Shown here: positions 7,301 to 15,350 of the stretch, one piece after another
How positions within the stretch are numbered: the first letter of the stretch is position 1
Layout: each line of letters opens with the position of its first letter
Origin: a virus
Lineage: Duplodnaviria; Caudoviricetes
Reading direction: 5' to 3' (one strand)
Virus record (IMG/VR): IMGVR_UViG_3300032046_000065
Coordinates: 1-42,528 of that record
Length of the DNA stretch: 42,528 bases
Position numbers and translations under genes: made by a program
The notes under the pieces: model-generated
What the model saw: the letters and a program-made list of their open reading frames with translations, nothing else
Database searches by the model: none
What the model was told of the DNA's origin: nothing

Positions 7301-8188
7301 ATGACCGAAACCATAGCCGTAACTGTGTACGCGCATCCGCTGGCCGAACCCGTCCAGACGATGCAGAACGTGAGCGACTTGCTTCATGCTAACCGCGCTG
7401 GCCTCGCGGCCCATGTTGCCAGGGTGGTGGGTCTGGACGTGGACCTCATCATATCGACAGGCATATCGGCTATCGCGCTGGCCGACAAGAGTGTTCAGGA
7501 CAAACTTTTGTCATGTACCGGCAAGAGCGTCCTCAAGTCCGTGGCCGATGCGTGCCGGTACGGGATGGTCATTGGCGGGGTGATGGGCCAGGCGTACCTT
7601 GTGCCGTTCAAAAATCAATGTCAACTCATGGTCGGGTATCGGGGCTATGAAGCCCTGGCCTACCGAAGCGGCCAGGTCAAGGCCATCCAGTCGGGCATCG
7701 TCTATAAGGGCGACGAATACACGGTGAACATCGGCAGTCAACCTCCCATCGTCCACAAGCCTGTCGTCGGGGGTCGGCACGACGACGAGGACATCGTGGC
7801 GGCCTACGCTATCGCATGGATAAGCGACAACCTGGCCCTTGCGGAGCACATGAACCGGCAAGACCTCAATCATATCCGCAGCAAGAGCCGCATGGCGAAC
7901 TTTGGAGCCTACATCACCGACCTGGCGGAGATGTTCCGAAAGGCTCCGATACGGCGACTGTGCAAGCACGTCAACCTCAGCCCTTACGACAGGGCGATCC
8001 TGGAGGAAATAGCAGTTGAAGAAGATAGGCGAGCGGGCGCAGTCGTCAACGCCGATGAGTCGCTCGCCGAAAGCAAGAAGCGGACGAAGGCCGTACTGGA
8101 TGCGGCGGATGTTATAGAACCAGAAGCGAAGGGCGAGACGCCACCGACCGAGGAGTTGCCCTTTGAAGACACCAAAATTCCATTTTGA
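7301..8188 (+). CDS. recT: RecT ssDNA-annealing recombinase
   Basis: GQAYLVPF...QLMVGYRG..LAYRSG, VYKGD, EM.RK..IRRLCK; acidic tail ending in IPF. Confidence 0.93.
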   Translation: MTETIAVTVYAHPLAEPVQTMQNVSDLLHANRAGLAAHVARVVGLDVDLIISTGISAIALADKSVQDKLLSCTGKSVLKSVADACRYGMVIGGVMGQAYLVPFKNQCQLMVGYRGYEALAYRSGQVKAIQSGIVYKGDEYTVNIGSQPPIVHKPVVGGRHDDEDIVAAYAIAWISDNLALAEHMNRQDLNHIRSKSRMANFGAYITDLAEMFRKAPIRRLCKHVNLSPYDRAILEEIAVEEDRRAGAVVNADESLAESKKRTKAVLDAADVIEPEAKGETPPTEELPFEDTKIPF

Positions 8189-8216
8189 TGGTGGCGCACC
8201 TGGGGCGAGTAGAGGA

Positions 8217-8258
8217 CGGCAGGGGGGCGAGGACTCGCGCCTCCCTGCCGGAAAGGAG
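8217..8258 (+). promoter_or_regulatory. GC hairpin plus GAAAGGAG, related to the early repeats
   Basis: CGGCAGGGGGG.../...CTCCCTGCCG followed directly by GAAAGGAG. Confidence 0.45.
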
Positions 8259-8299
8259 AACTCGTCGAGGTCGAGAGGGTGTCGTAAAAGGAGAAGGCC

Positions 8300-8896
8300 A
8301 TGAAGTCGAAAGCGATTTCTGTTGCGATGTTCAAGGTATTGGTGGATGGCCGTTCTTGCCACGGAGGAACCCTCCAATATCAATCCAGAAAATGGACGCC
8401 GAAAATCGCTGACCCGGAATGTTGTTCAAAAGGCTATCACCTTACGAGTGACCCTCTCGCCTGGTGGAAGCCAAAGGCAGACCTATGGTTGGCCGAAGGG
8501 CGAGGACCAATCAATGGTGACGGAAGCGACAAGGCGGCATTCGCCAGCATCCGCCTCATTAAAAAAATCGGCTGGGATTGGCTCCTTCTGCCTATGTATC
8601 CGCGAGTTCGGGCGTTTCTGGCCGCCAGTGACCGTAGCCGTGATAAAAACGCGAACCTGTCCGGCGCGAACCTGTCCGACGCGGACCTGTCCGGCGCGAA
8701 CCTGTCCGGCGCGGACCTGTCCGGCGCGAACCTGTCCGGCGCGAACCTGTCCCGCGCGGACCTGTCCGGCGCGGACCTGTCCGGCGCGGACCTGTCCGAC
8801 GCGGACCTGTCCGGCGCGAACCTGTCCGGCGCGCATAGGCCAGAAAAACCGCCCGCAGGTTGGAAAATCGTCAACAACCTTCTTGTTCCGGCTTAG
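8300..8896 (+). CDS. Pentapeptide-repeat protein
   Basis: Twelve A(N/D)LS(G/D/R) units (15-bp tandem repeat 8651-8830) after an N-terminal CSKGYH domain. Confidence 0.9.
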   Translation: MKSKAISVAMFKVLVDGRSCHGGTLQYQSRKWTPKIADPECCSKGYHLTSDPLAWWKPKADLWLAEGRGPINGDGSDKAAFASIRLIKKIGWDWLLLPMYPRVRAFLAASDRSRDKNANLSGANLSDADLSGANLSGADLSGANLSGANLSRADLSGADLSGADLSDADLSGANLSGAHRPEKPPAGWKIVNNLLVPA

Positions 8897-8905
8897 GAGA
8901 AAGCC

Positions 8906-9496
8906 ATGAAAATCGAGGAAGCGGTGAAGTTGCACAAGGCTCTGGGCGTGTGCGGCGTGCCAGGCCAAATCAAGAACCTGATGCAAACATTCCCCGACTG
9001 CGCGGCGGCCTGGGACGGCTGGCCGGTCGAGCGGGCGAGCAACCTCTATTGGCTACTGTTCCGCACAGCGGGGAAATACGGGAGCAAGTCACACCGCTTC
9101 GCCTGCCGCGTCCTGGGCGAGTGCCTGGGGCTTGGCCTTCAGTGCTTGACCAATCCAAAGACGGAGGCGAGGGCGTCGGTCAACCGCGTATTGCGTCTGC
9201 TCGCGCGCTACGGTGCGGGTGAGGCCATCGACCGCGATGAGTTTTATAGGGCGTCGTGGGCGGCGTCGGCGGTGGCGTGGGCGGCGCGGGCGGCGTCGTG
9301 GGCGGCGGCGGGGGCGGCGGGGGGGGCGGCGGCGGGGGCGGCGTGGGAGGCGGCGGGGGCGGCGAGGGCGGCGGCGGCGGGGGCGGCGGGGGACGAAGGC
9401 CAGAAACAATTGGCTGTTGCCATTCGTTCGCGCGTGTCGGCGGCGTACATTGAGCGTCGGATGCGGGCGACGGTGACGCGGGAGGGTAGAGCATGA
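8906..9496 (+). CDS. Hypothetical protein with Ala/Trp/Gly low-complexity repeat
   Basis: SD AGGAG; AxWAA-type tract at 9250-9395, common in phage early proteins. Confidence 0.75.
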   Translation: MKIEEAVKLHKALGVCGVPGQIKNLMQTFPDCAAAWDGWPVERASNLYWLLFRTAGKYGSKSHRFACRVLGECLGLGLQCLTNPKTEARASVNRVLRLLARYGAGEAIDRDEFYRASWAASAVAWAARAASWAAAGAAGGAAAGAAWEAAGAARAAAAGAAGDEGQKQLAVAIRSRVSAAYIERRMRATVTREGRA

Positions 9497-9915
9497 ACTT
9501 GCTCATCTATGTCACGGTCGGGTTTGTGCTGGCGAAGGCGGTGTTCGGGGCGGAACTGACGACCGAGCAGCAGGAGGCAATCGAGCAGGTCGAATCGAAA
9601 GGCAATCCCCGGGCGCACAACAAGGACGAGGACGCCAGGGGCATCATCCAAATCCGCGCAATCTACGTAGCCGATGCGAATCGAATCTTGGGCGAGGAAC
9701 GATATGTGCACGACGACGCTTTCGATCCCGCTAAGGCGTGGGAGATGTTCGGTGTCGTGACTTCTTATTATATCCGGCACTACGGGTATCCTGACACGTT
9801 CGAGACGCGGGCCAGGATTCACAACGGCGGTGGTAAAGGGCCACAGAGAAAAAGTACGTTAAAGTACTGGAAAAGGGTGTTGGCGATTTTGCTTGACACC
9901 CAGCGGCGTGAGTAG
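9493..9915 (+). CDS. Lysozyme/lytic transglycosylase-like protein with N-terminal signal or anchor
   Basis: AIEQVES (catalytic Glu), G..QI, ARIHNGG, YW motifs; hydrophobic residues 3-20. Confidence 0.8.
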   Translation: MNLLIYVTVGFVLAKAVFGAELTTEQQEAIEQVESKGNPRAHNKDEDARGIIQIRAIYVADANRILGEERYVHDDAFDPAKAWEMFGVVTSYYIRHYGYPDTFETRARIHNGGGKGPQRKSTLKYWKRVLAILLDTQRRE

Positions 9916-9954
9916 GCGGTGCAATCGGACGGAACTGGCAAAAGGAGGAAGGAC

Positions 9955-10146
9955 ATGACGCTCGAAACAATTATTGCCGCCATTGAGAGTCGCAAAAAAC
10001 GAGCCGCAGTATTGCGCGATGAACTGCGACTCTTGGCCGACGAGGCCAGGGACCTGGCGGAAGATTTGGATGACGCCGAAAACGACCTTGTGCAGGCTGG
10101 ACAACTGATTGAATCCGCCGCAAAGACTATCTCAAAGACTGTTTGA
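9955..10146 (+). CDS. Small coiled-coil protein
   Basis: SD AAGGAGG; heptad pattern. Confidence 0.7.
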   Translation: MTLETIIAAIESRKKRAAVLRDELRLLADEARDLAEDLDDAENDLVQAGQLIESAAKTISKTV

Positions 10147-10180
10147 CAAAGGTGCGGGCGGCGATGAAAGGAGAAGGAGC

Positions 10181-10735
10181 ATGAGAAACACGTGGATGAC
10201 GACGGAAGATGTAAGACGGGAGATTGCGGAGGCGTTGAGAGAGATGCGAGACGGGTCAGGAAGCATACTTGATATTCGGTTTGGCAAAGTTGCCGACTCT
10301 CTCGACCCGCCTGTTGCCGAGAAGCCGCCGGAGATGCCGCCGAGGAAGTTTAAGGACTGGCGATACGTAAGCACTCCGTCGGGCGAGATAGTGCGTATTG
10401 CCCGCGCAGAACTTCTCGACGGTGCCTGGCAATACTACACCGTCGAAATGCTGCACCCCGGCTACCGGGAAGGCGACCTTACCGCCTCTCCTCCACCTCC
10501 GCCGACTCTTGAGCAGAAGGCGCTATGTTGCCCTGGGTCGAGAGTACGGGTCAAGGATAACCCGACCGACGAGCAAGGAGTACCTGGCAAGCACGTGACG
10601 GGCACGAAGTTTGCAGGACGGGTTGGAAGGGTACGGGGTTCCCACGACACCTGCAGCCTGCCAGTCCTCGAAGTCCAGTTGGACGGCGACGACAGGAGTT
10701 ACGAGGTCTGGCTCCACAACGTCGAACGAGAGTAA
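10181..10735 (+). CDS. Hypothetical protein, possibly with SH3/KOW-like domains
   Basis: SD AAGGAG; PGSRVRV...GRVGRV pattern with Pro-rich linkers. Confidence 0.7.
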   Translation: MRNTWMTTEDVRREIAEALREMRDGSGSILDIRFGKVADSLDPPVAEKPPEMPPRKFKDWRYVSTPSGEIVRIARAELLDGAWQYYTVEMLHPGYREGDLTASPPPPPTLEQKALCCPGSRVRVKDNPTDEQGVPGKHVTGTKFAGRVGRVRGSHDTCSLPVLEVQLDGDDRSYEVWLHNVERE

Positions 10736-10738
10736 AAG

Positions 10739-10834
10739 TGGGCGGCTGCGCGCGTCACGCGGACGCATAATATACGACGGTTGGGACGCTCGTGCTTGTT
10801 TATAAGCAGTACGAGTAATCCGGCCAGTCGCTCA
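10739..10834 (+). ncRNA. Structured RNA element E1
   Basis: 10-bp closing stem TGGGCGGCTG/CAGTCGCTCA; hairpin GCGTC/GACGC; CGG-TT-[hairpin]-AAT-CCG arm; T tract follows. Confidence 0.65.
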
Positions 10835-10851
10835 GTTTTTGACAAGTAAAT

Positions 10852-10935
10852 AGGGCGGCTGCGGCCCCTCGTGGGCTACACGCGTACTGGCATCCGACCA
10901 GGTGGCCTCTGGTGAACTTGCTGGCCAGCTGCCCT
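10852..10935 (+). ncRNA. Structured RNA element E2
   Basis: AGGGCGGCTG/CAGCTGCCCT closing stem; GGCCC/GGGCT hairpin; CTGGCA/TGCTGG arm with an internal hairpin. Confidence 0.62.
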
Positions 10936-10945
10936 TGTTCTTTGG

Positions 10946-11145
10946 AATCGTGGGCCGTGCGGCGTGGACAGGACACGCAGGACGGACTGGCATCAGTGGC
11001 GGTAACTCATCGGGGCAGTCAAATATACGACTGGAGAGTTTGCTGCTTAGTCTACGGTTCGACTCCGTAGGCCGCCAGATACCGAAAAGCAGAAGCCGGT
11101 GACTCCACTGGAAGTTTATCAGGAACTCCGGCCACGGCCACGATT
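10946..11145 (+). ncRNA. Structured RNA element E3 with a nested tRNA-like module (10997-11077)
   Basis: AATCGTG-G-GCCGTG/CACGGC-CACGATT stem; GCGTG/CACGC arm; GCCGG/CCGGC arm; nested TGGCGGT/GCCGCCA with T-arm CTACGG-TTCGACT-CCGTAG. Confidence 0.7.
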
Positions 11146-11174
11146 TTTTAAGGGAGCACGAAAGGAGACGGGAG

Positions 11175-11597
11175 ATGAAGATAAGAGATGGATGGAAAAT
11201 CCGAGATGAGGTAAGCGGTCTCACCCTTAGCGCCATCGGGGGCGAGAACCTAGACCGGCTTCATATCGAATATGGCGGAAACCCCATTTCCGACAATCGG
11301 GATTTTTTCTTCACCAAAGACGGCAAGTTTGACGGAACAGGGTCATGCACCAAACTGGTAAAAAGGAGGCGGGCGATGGCGATAAGGAGAGAAGCCGTGG
11401 GCAAGATTCTCACAGTGGAACAGGTAAAACACTACGGAGCATTGCGGGCTATGCGTCCCTGTGATGATGCAGATGGCGAAGCCATTGAGGCGCTCGTTCT
11501 AAGCCACGAGGCATTAAGGGCCGAGGTCGCCGCGCTCAAGGCCGAGGTCGCGCGACTACAAAAACAAAGGGGGTCGGCAAGTGAGCGAGCGGGTTGA
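11175..11597 (+). CDS. Hypothetical protein (possibly two fused genes, second start ~11376)
   Basis: SD before 11175; internal AAGGAGG before an in-frame ATG (MAIRR); C-terminal coiled coil. Confidence 0.6.
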   Translation: MKIRDGWKIRDEVSGLTLSAIGGENLDRLHIEYGGNPISDNRDFFFTKDGKFDGTGSCTKLVKRRRAMAIRREAVGKILTVEQVKHYGALRAMRPCDDADGEAIEALVLSHEALRAEVAALKAEVARLQKQRGSASERAG

Positions 11598-12300
11598 CAT
11601 CTTCGGCGACGGGCGGGCGGTCTGCTATCTCGGAGACTGCCTTGAAATCCTGCCGACGTTTGTGGCGGGCAGCGCGGACGCCGTGGTGACAGACCCGCCG
11701 TATAATGTTGGAAAAGATTATGGGGCACACAACGACGCAATGAGCGACAAAGAATACACAAATTGGGCGGCAGCGCGAGTCAAGGAATGTCGGCGTCTTG
11801 CCCAAAACCAGTTTTGGGTTGCCCCGCGATATAAACTTCTGTTGTGGCTTGGGCTTTTGCCTGAAGCGCATCTCGTGGTGATACCACGAGGGGCAAGCGG
11901 CCCGTTCCGTGGCGGGTGGAGCGACCAATTTGAGATAACTTTGGCATGTGGCAAGCCAAATAGGTGTGTGCCCGATTTGTGGAAGGGAATCCGGCTGAAG
12001 GGCGAAGGCTACTTTTTTCGAGAGAACACCTATGGGCATCCAGGCTATACACCATATCCCATCATGCATCGGGCGGTTGAATTGTTCTCGGTCGATGCAT
12101 GTTGTGACCCTATGATGGGAACAGGCACGACGGGCGTGGCGTGTATGCAACTTGGCCGCAAGTTCATCGGCATCGAAATCGAACCCAAGTATTTCAAGAT
12201 TGCCGTTGACCGTATCCGATGCTCGGTCGCCCCGCAGACCACAGTATCGGACAGGGCGACGGACGCGCCGCTGTTCGCGGCGAAGGCGGGCGGCAAGTGA
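11581..12300 (+). CDS. DNA methyltransferase, N4-C/N6-A beta class
   Basis: GDCLE, TDPPY (motif IV), HP, DPMMGTGTTG (motif I), FIGIE. Confidence 0.93.
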   Translation: MSERVDIFGDGRAVCYLGDCLEILPTFVAGSADAVVTDPPYNVGKDYGAHNDAMSDKEYTNWAAARVKECRRLAQNQFWVAPRYKLLLWLGLLPEAHLVVIPRGASGPFRGGWSDQFEITLACGKPNRCVPDLWKGIRLKGEGYFFRENTYGHPGYTPYPIMHRAVELFSVDACCDPMMGTGTTGVACMQLGRKFIGIEIEPKYFKIAVDRIRCSVAPQTTVSDRATDAPLFAAKAGGK

Positions 12301-13670
12301 GCGAGCGGGTTGACATCTTCGGCGACGGGCGGGCGGTCTGCTATCTCGGTGACTGCCTCGAAGTCCTGCCGACGTTTGCGGCGGGCAGCGTGGACGCCGT
12401 GGTGACGGACCCGCCGTATGGCCTGTCGTTCATGGGGAAGGACTGGGACCACGGCATTCCGGGCGTCCATTTCTGGACTGAAATGTTGCGCATCGCCAAG
12501 CCGGGGGCGCACCTCCTGGCTTTCGGCGGGACGCGGACGCACCATCGGCTCATGTGCGCTATCGAGGACGCGGGCTGGGAGATTCGGGACACGGTGATGT
12601 GGGTCTATGGCAGCGGGTTCCCGAAGTCGCTGGATGTGTCGAAGGCGATTGACGCGGACGCTTGCCGCAAGTCGCTGGAACGGTCTCTTGGACATGCGCC
12701 GACCAGGGCGGAGTTCAAGGAAGCGTGGAAGGGGTGGCGTGAAGTAGTGGGGTACTCTCGCGGCATACAAGTAGCCGACAACCAGGGTTATGGGGGCCTT
12801 GCCCGTGGCGGCGTAGGCATTGTCCAGAAGCCTTGCGAGGTTCCCGTCACCGCCCCCGCCACGCCTGCCGCCGAACAGTGGGAAGGTTGGGGCACGGCGT
12901 TGAAGCCTGCCTGGGAACCCATCATCGTCGCCCGCAAGCCCCTCGATGGGACGGTTGCGGCGAACGTCCTCAATCACGGGACGGGTGGGATAAACGTGGA
13001 TGGGTGCAGAATAGGGACTGACGACTGCCGCGTCTTTCGGCCACCGGATTCAGGGCTGGGCGCGTTCGGAAAACACGGCCGATACGGCAAGGCAAAAGGC
13101 GTGCCGAATGGCGTGACAAGTAGCCCCTCCGGCCGCTGGCCCGCGAACCTCGTCCACGACGGCAGCGAGGAAGTGGTGGGGCTGTTCCCGCAAGGCGGAG
13201 CATCGGGAGTGGCGTCTGGCCCTACACGCGGAAAACTCGGCACACAGGGGCGATATGGTTCGGCAACGGGCGAGAACATGGGCGAGTCTTGTTTCTACGG
13301 CGACTCCGGTTCCGCCGCCCGGTTCTTCTACTGCGCAAAGGCGAGCAAGGCGGATAGGGATGATGGACTCCGCGACGGCGGGGTCGGTGGACTCCGCGAC
13401 GGCGAGCGGGCTAACACCGCGCCGCGAGTCAACCACCATCCCACCGTCAAGCCGACCGCCCTGATGCGTTGGCTCGTGCGGCTCGTGACGCCGCCGGAGG
13501 GCGTCGTCCTGGACCCGTTCATGGGGAGCGGCTCCACGGGCAAGGCGGCCATGCTCGAAGGCTTCCGGTTCGCGGGCATCGAGACAGGCGCGGAATATTT
13601 CGACATTGCCTGCAATCGCCTCCGCGCGGCCACTGACGCGCCGCTGTTCGCGGCGGAGAGCGAGACATGA
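12297..13670 (+). CDS. DNA methyltransferase, N4-C/N6-A beta class (long form)
   Basis: GTG start 12297 by paralogy; TDPPY, GSGFPK, KPAWEPI, GRWPAN, HPTVKP, DPFMGSGSTG. Confidence 0.95.
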   Translation: MSERVDIFGDGRAVCYLGDCLEVLPTFAAGSVDAVVTDPPYGLSFMGKDWDHGIPGVHFWTEMLRIAKPGAHLLAFGGTRTHHRLMCAIEDAGWEIRDTVMWVYGSGFPKSLDVSKAIDADACRKSLERSLGHAPTRAEFKEAWKGWREVVGYSRGIQVADNQGYGGLARGGVGIVQKPCEVPVTAPATPAAEQWEGWGTALKPAWEPIIVARKPLDGTVAANVLNHGTGGINVDGCRIGTDDCRVFRPPDSGLGAFGKHGRYGKAKGVPNGVTSSPSGRWPANLVHDGSEEVVGLFPQGGASGVASGPTRGKLGTQGRYGSATGENMGESCFYGDSGSAARFFYCAKASKADRDDGLRDGGVGGLRDGERANTAPRVNHHPTVKPTALMRWLVRLVTPPEGVVLDPFMGSGSTGKAAMLEGFRFAGIETGAEYFDIACNRLRAATDAPLFAAESET

Positions 13671-14530
13671 AAAAAGCCCAACGGCGCATGTCCGAGTTGC
13701 CATTCCTGAAGTGGTATCCGTACCTTGCGGCGGCGTCTTTAAGGTGGCAGTCTCTTTCCTTGACGGCCCGTGGTTTGTTCCGAGAATTGTACGACTTGGC
13801 CGCTCGGCAGACGCCCCGTGGCGCAGTGCCTGGCACAGAGGTTTTGCGACTACAAAAAGCATTGCGCATTTCGTCGGCCAACTTTGGCACAATCTTGGCA
13901 CAATTAATCGGTTGCGGATTAATCGACAAAATGCTCGATGGAACCCTTGTTTTTCCTGATTGGAATCGACATCAGCGCGATGGCAGTTTTCGCAACCGTG
14001 GCACAGACTTGGCACAGAACTGGCACGACTCTGGCACACTAGATGTAGATGAAGATGTAGATGAAGATAAAGAGAGAGACGAAGAGGAAGATGCTTTTGA
14101 TGTTTTCTGGCGCGCCTATCCCTCGAAGGTCGGCAAGAAGGCGGCGCAAAAGGCATGGGACAAGGCGAAAGACAAGCCGGACCTCGCCGCTATCCTGGCT
14201 GCCGTGAATACGCAGAAGAAATCGAAGCGGTGGAGAGAGGGGTATATCCCGAACCCCGCAACGTGGCTGAACCAGGGGCGGTGGAGCGATGAAGCGGAAC
14301 CCGCATCGGACAAAACCATCGAGGCCGATACGCTAAAGAGGCTCCAAAAGGAAAGGGAGCAGAGGGCGTTGGCGTTTTCCGGCGTCAAAGTTGGTTGCAA
14401 GGCCGTCGGACCGGAGGGCAAGGGGATTGTGGTGAGCAGTGGGAACTTGAGCGTGACGGTGAAGGTTGAAGGTTATGGTTTTGTCGAGATTGTGGACTTG
14501 GCAATCTTGGACAAATGGAAGTTCACATGA
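13667..14530 (+). CDS. Phage replication initiator (lambda O-like organisation)
   Basis: N-terminal SLTARGL..EL region; FDVFWRAYP.KVGKKAA.KAW and PNPATWLNQGRW C-terminal motifs; internal iterons. Confidence 0.85.
   Translation: MKKAQRRMSELPFLKWYPYLAAASLRWQSLSLTARGLFRELYDLAARQTPRGAVPGTEVLRLQKALRISSANFGTILAQLIGCGLIDKMLDGTLVFPDWNRHQRDGSFRNRGTDLAQNWHDSGTLDVDEDVDEDKERDEEEDAFDVFWRAYPSKVGKKAAQKAWDKAKDKPDLAAILAAVNTQKKSKRWREGYIPNPATWLNQGRWSDEAEPASDKTIEADTLKRLQKEREQRALAFSGVKVGCKAVGPEGKGIVVSSGNLSVTVKVEGYGFVEIVDLAILDKWKFT
13831..14100. promoter_or_regulatory. Probable replication origin (iterons)
   Basis: TGGCAC at 13831, 13885, 13896, 13999, 14010, 14021 and 14032 (11-bp period within clusters), followed by a purine-skewed tract. 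Confidence 0.75.
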
Positions 14531-14556
14531 AGTGGGATAGCGGCGAAGGAGAAGCC

Positions 14557-14835
14557 ATGAGCAAGCAGGTAGAGCCGATAGCGAAGTGCCCAGGTTGCGG
14601 AGTGCCGATGGATGCGTTGGACCTGCACGTGTCGGATGGTTATATCTGCCTTCTCCGGCAGCGAGACGCCGAGCGAGCGGCGCGGGAGAAGGCCGAGGCC
14701 GTTGTGGTGGCGGCAACCTCGCTCCTGTCATACCTGAAAGGCAAGCATCCTGAAATCGAAAGGGACGGGTGGAATTGTCCTTACATGAGAGCGCTAGACG
14801 AGGCGGTGAAGTCGGCAGGAAAGGAGGAGCCATGA
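14557..14835 (+). CDS. Hypothetical protein with CxxC
   Basis: SD AAGGAG; CPGCG. Confidence 0.65.
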   Translation: MSKQVEPIAKCPGCGVPMDALDLHVSDGYICLLRQRDAERAAREKAEAVVVAATSLLSYLKGKHPEIERDGWNCPYMRALDEAVKSAGKEEP

Positions 14836-15350
14836 ACAATGCGAGCACAACAAGCACGGAGTCGGCGTACCGATGCCGAATCTGTGACCAGTTAACCGAG
14901 ATTGCCATCTTTATAGGGCCTTTCTGCGCCAGGTGCGGCCCGAACCAGCAAGGTTTTGTTAGCCAACTGGTACAATCTATGAAGAGTTTGACTAGTGCCC
15001 AGGCCGAGGTCGCCGCGCTCAAGGCCGAGGTCGAGCGACTACGAGCGGCTATTGCTACGCCAGAAGTGTACGCAGGCGTCGTCAGCGAGGTCGTCGAAAA
15101 GGAACGGGATGAGGCGGTGGTTCGATTAACCGCTACTGAGGCGGAGAACGCGGTGCTCAAGGCCGAGGTCGAGCGGTTAGAGCGACATCGACGCCAGGCT
15201 CAAGACCGTGCAGATTCGTGTGAGTATGCCCACGAGGTAGATGGTCTTCTGCGTGAGATTCAGGGAAGGGCCATGCAAGAGGCCGAGTACCAAAAAGAAC
15301 GGGCAAAGAAGGCCGAGGCTGCAGAGCAGGCGAAAGGAGGCGAGACGTGA
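14832..15350 (+). CDS. Zn-ribbon plus coiled-coil protein
   Basis: CRIC...CARC followed by AEVxRL heptads. Confidence 0.7.
   Translation: MNNASTTSTESAYRCRICDQLTEIAIFIGPFCARCGPNQQGFVSQLVQSMKSLTSAQAEVAALKAEVERLRAAIATPEVYAGVVSEVVEKERDEAVVRLTATEAENAVLKAEVERLERHRRQAQDRADSCEYAHEVDGLLREIQGRAMQEAEYQKERAKKAEAAEQAKGGET

Noticed and set aside
9089-9506. Poly-Pro, poly-Gly and poly-Arg ORFs
   Set aside because: Alternative frames of the low-complexity tract in 8906-9496.
10997-11077. Canonical tRNA gene
   Set aside because: The T-arm is canonical but there is no anticodon arm; reported as tRNA-like instead.
10832-11236. ORFs 10832-11236 (-) and 10902-11102 (+)
   Set aside because: No SD or protein-like features; the sequence is better explained by base-paired RNA elements.
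11575-12419. Near-identical repeat pairs as DGR template/variable repeats
   Set aside because: Mismatches are not adenine-specific on one strand, and no reverse transcriptase is encoded.
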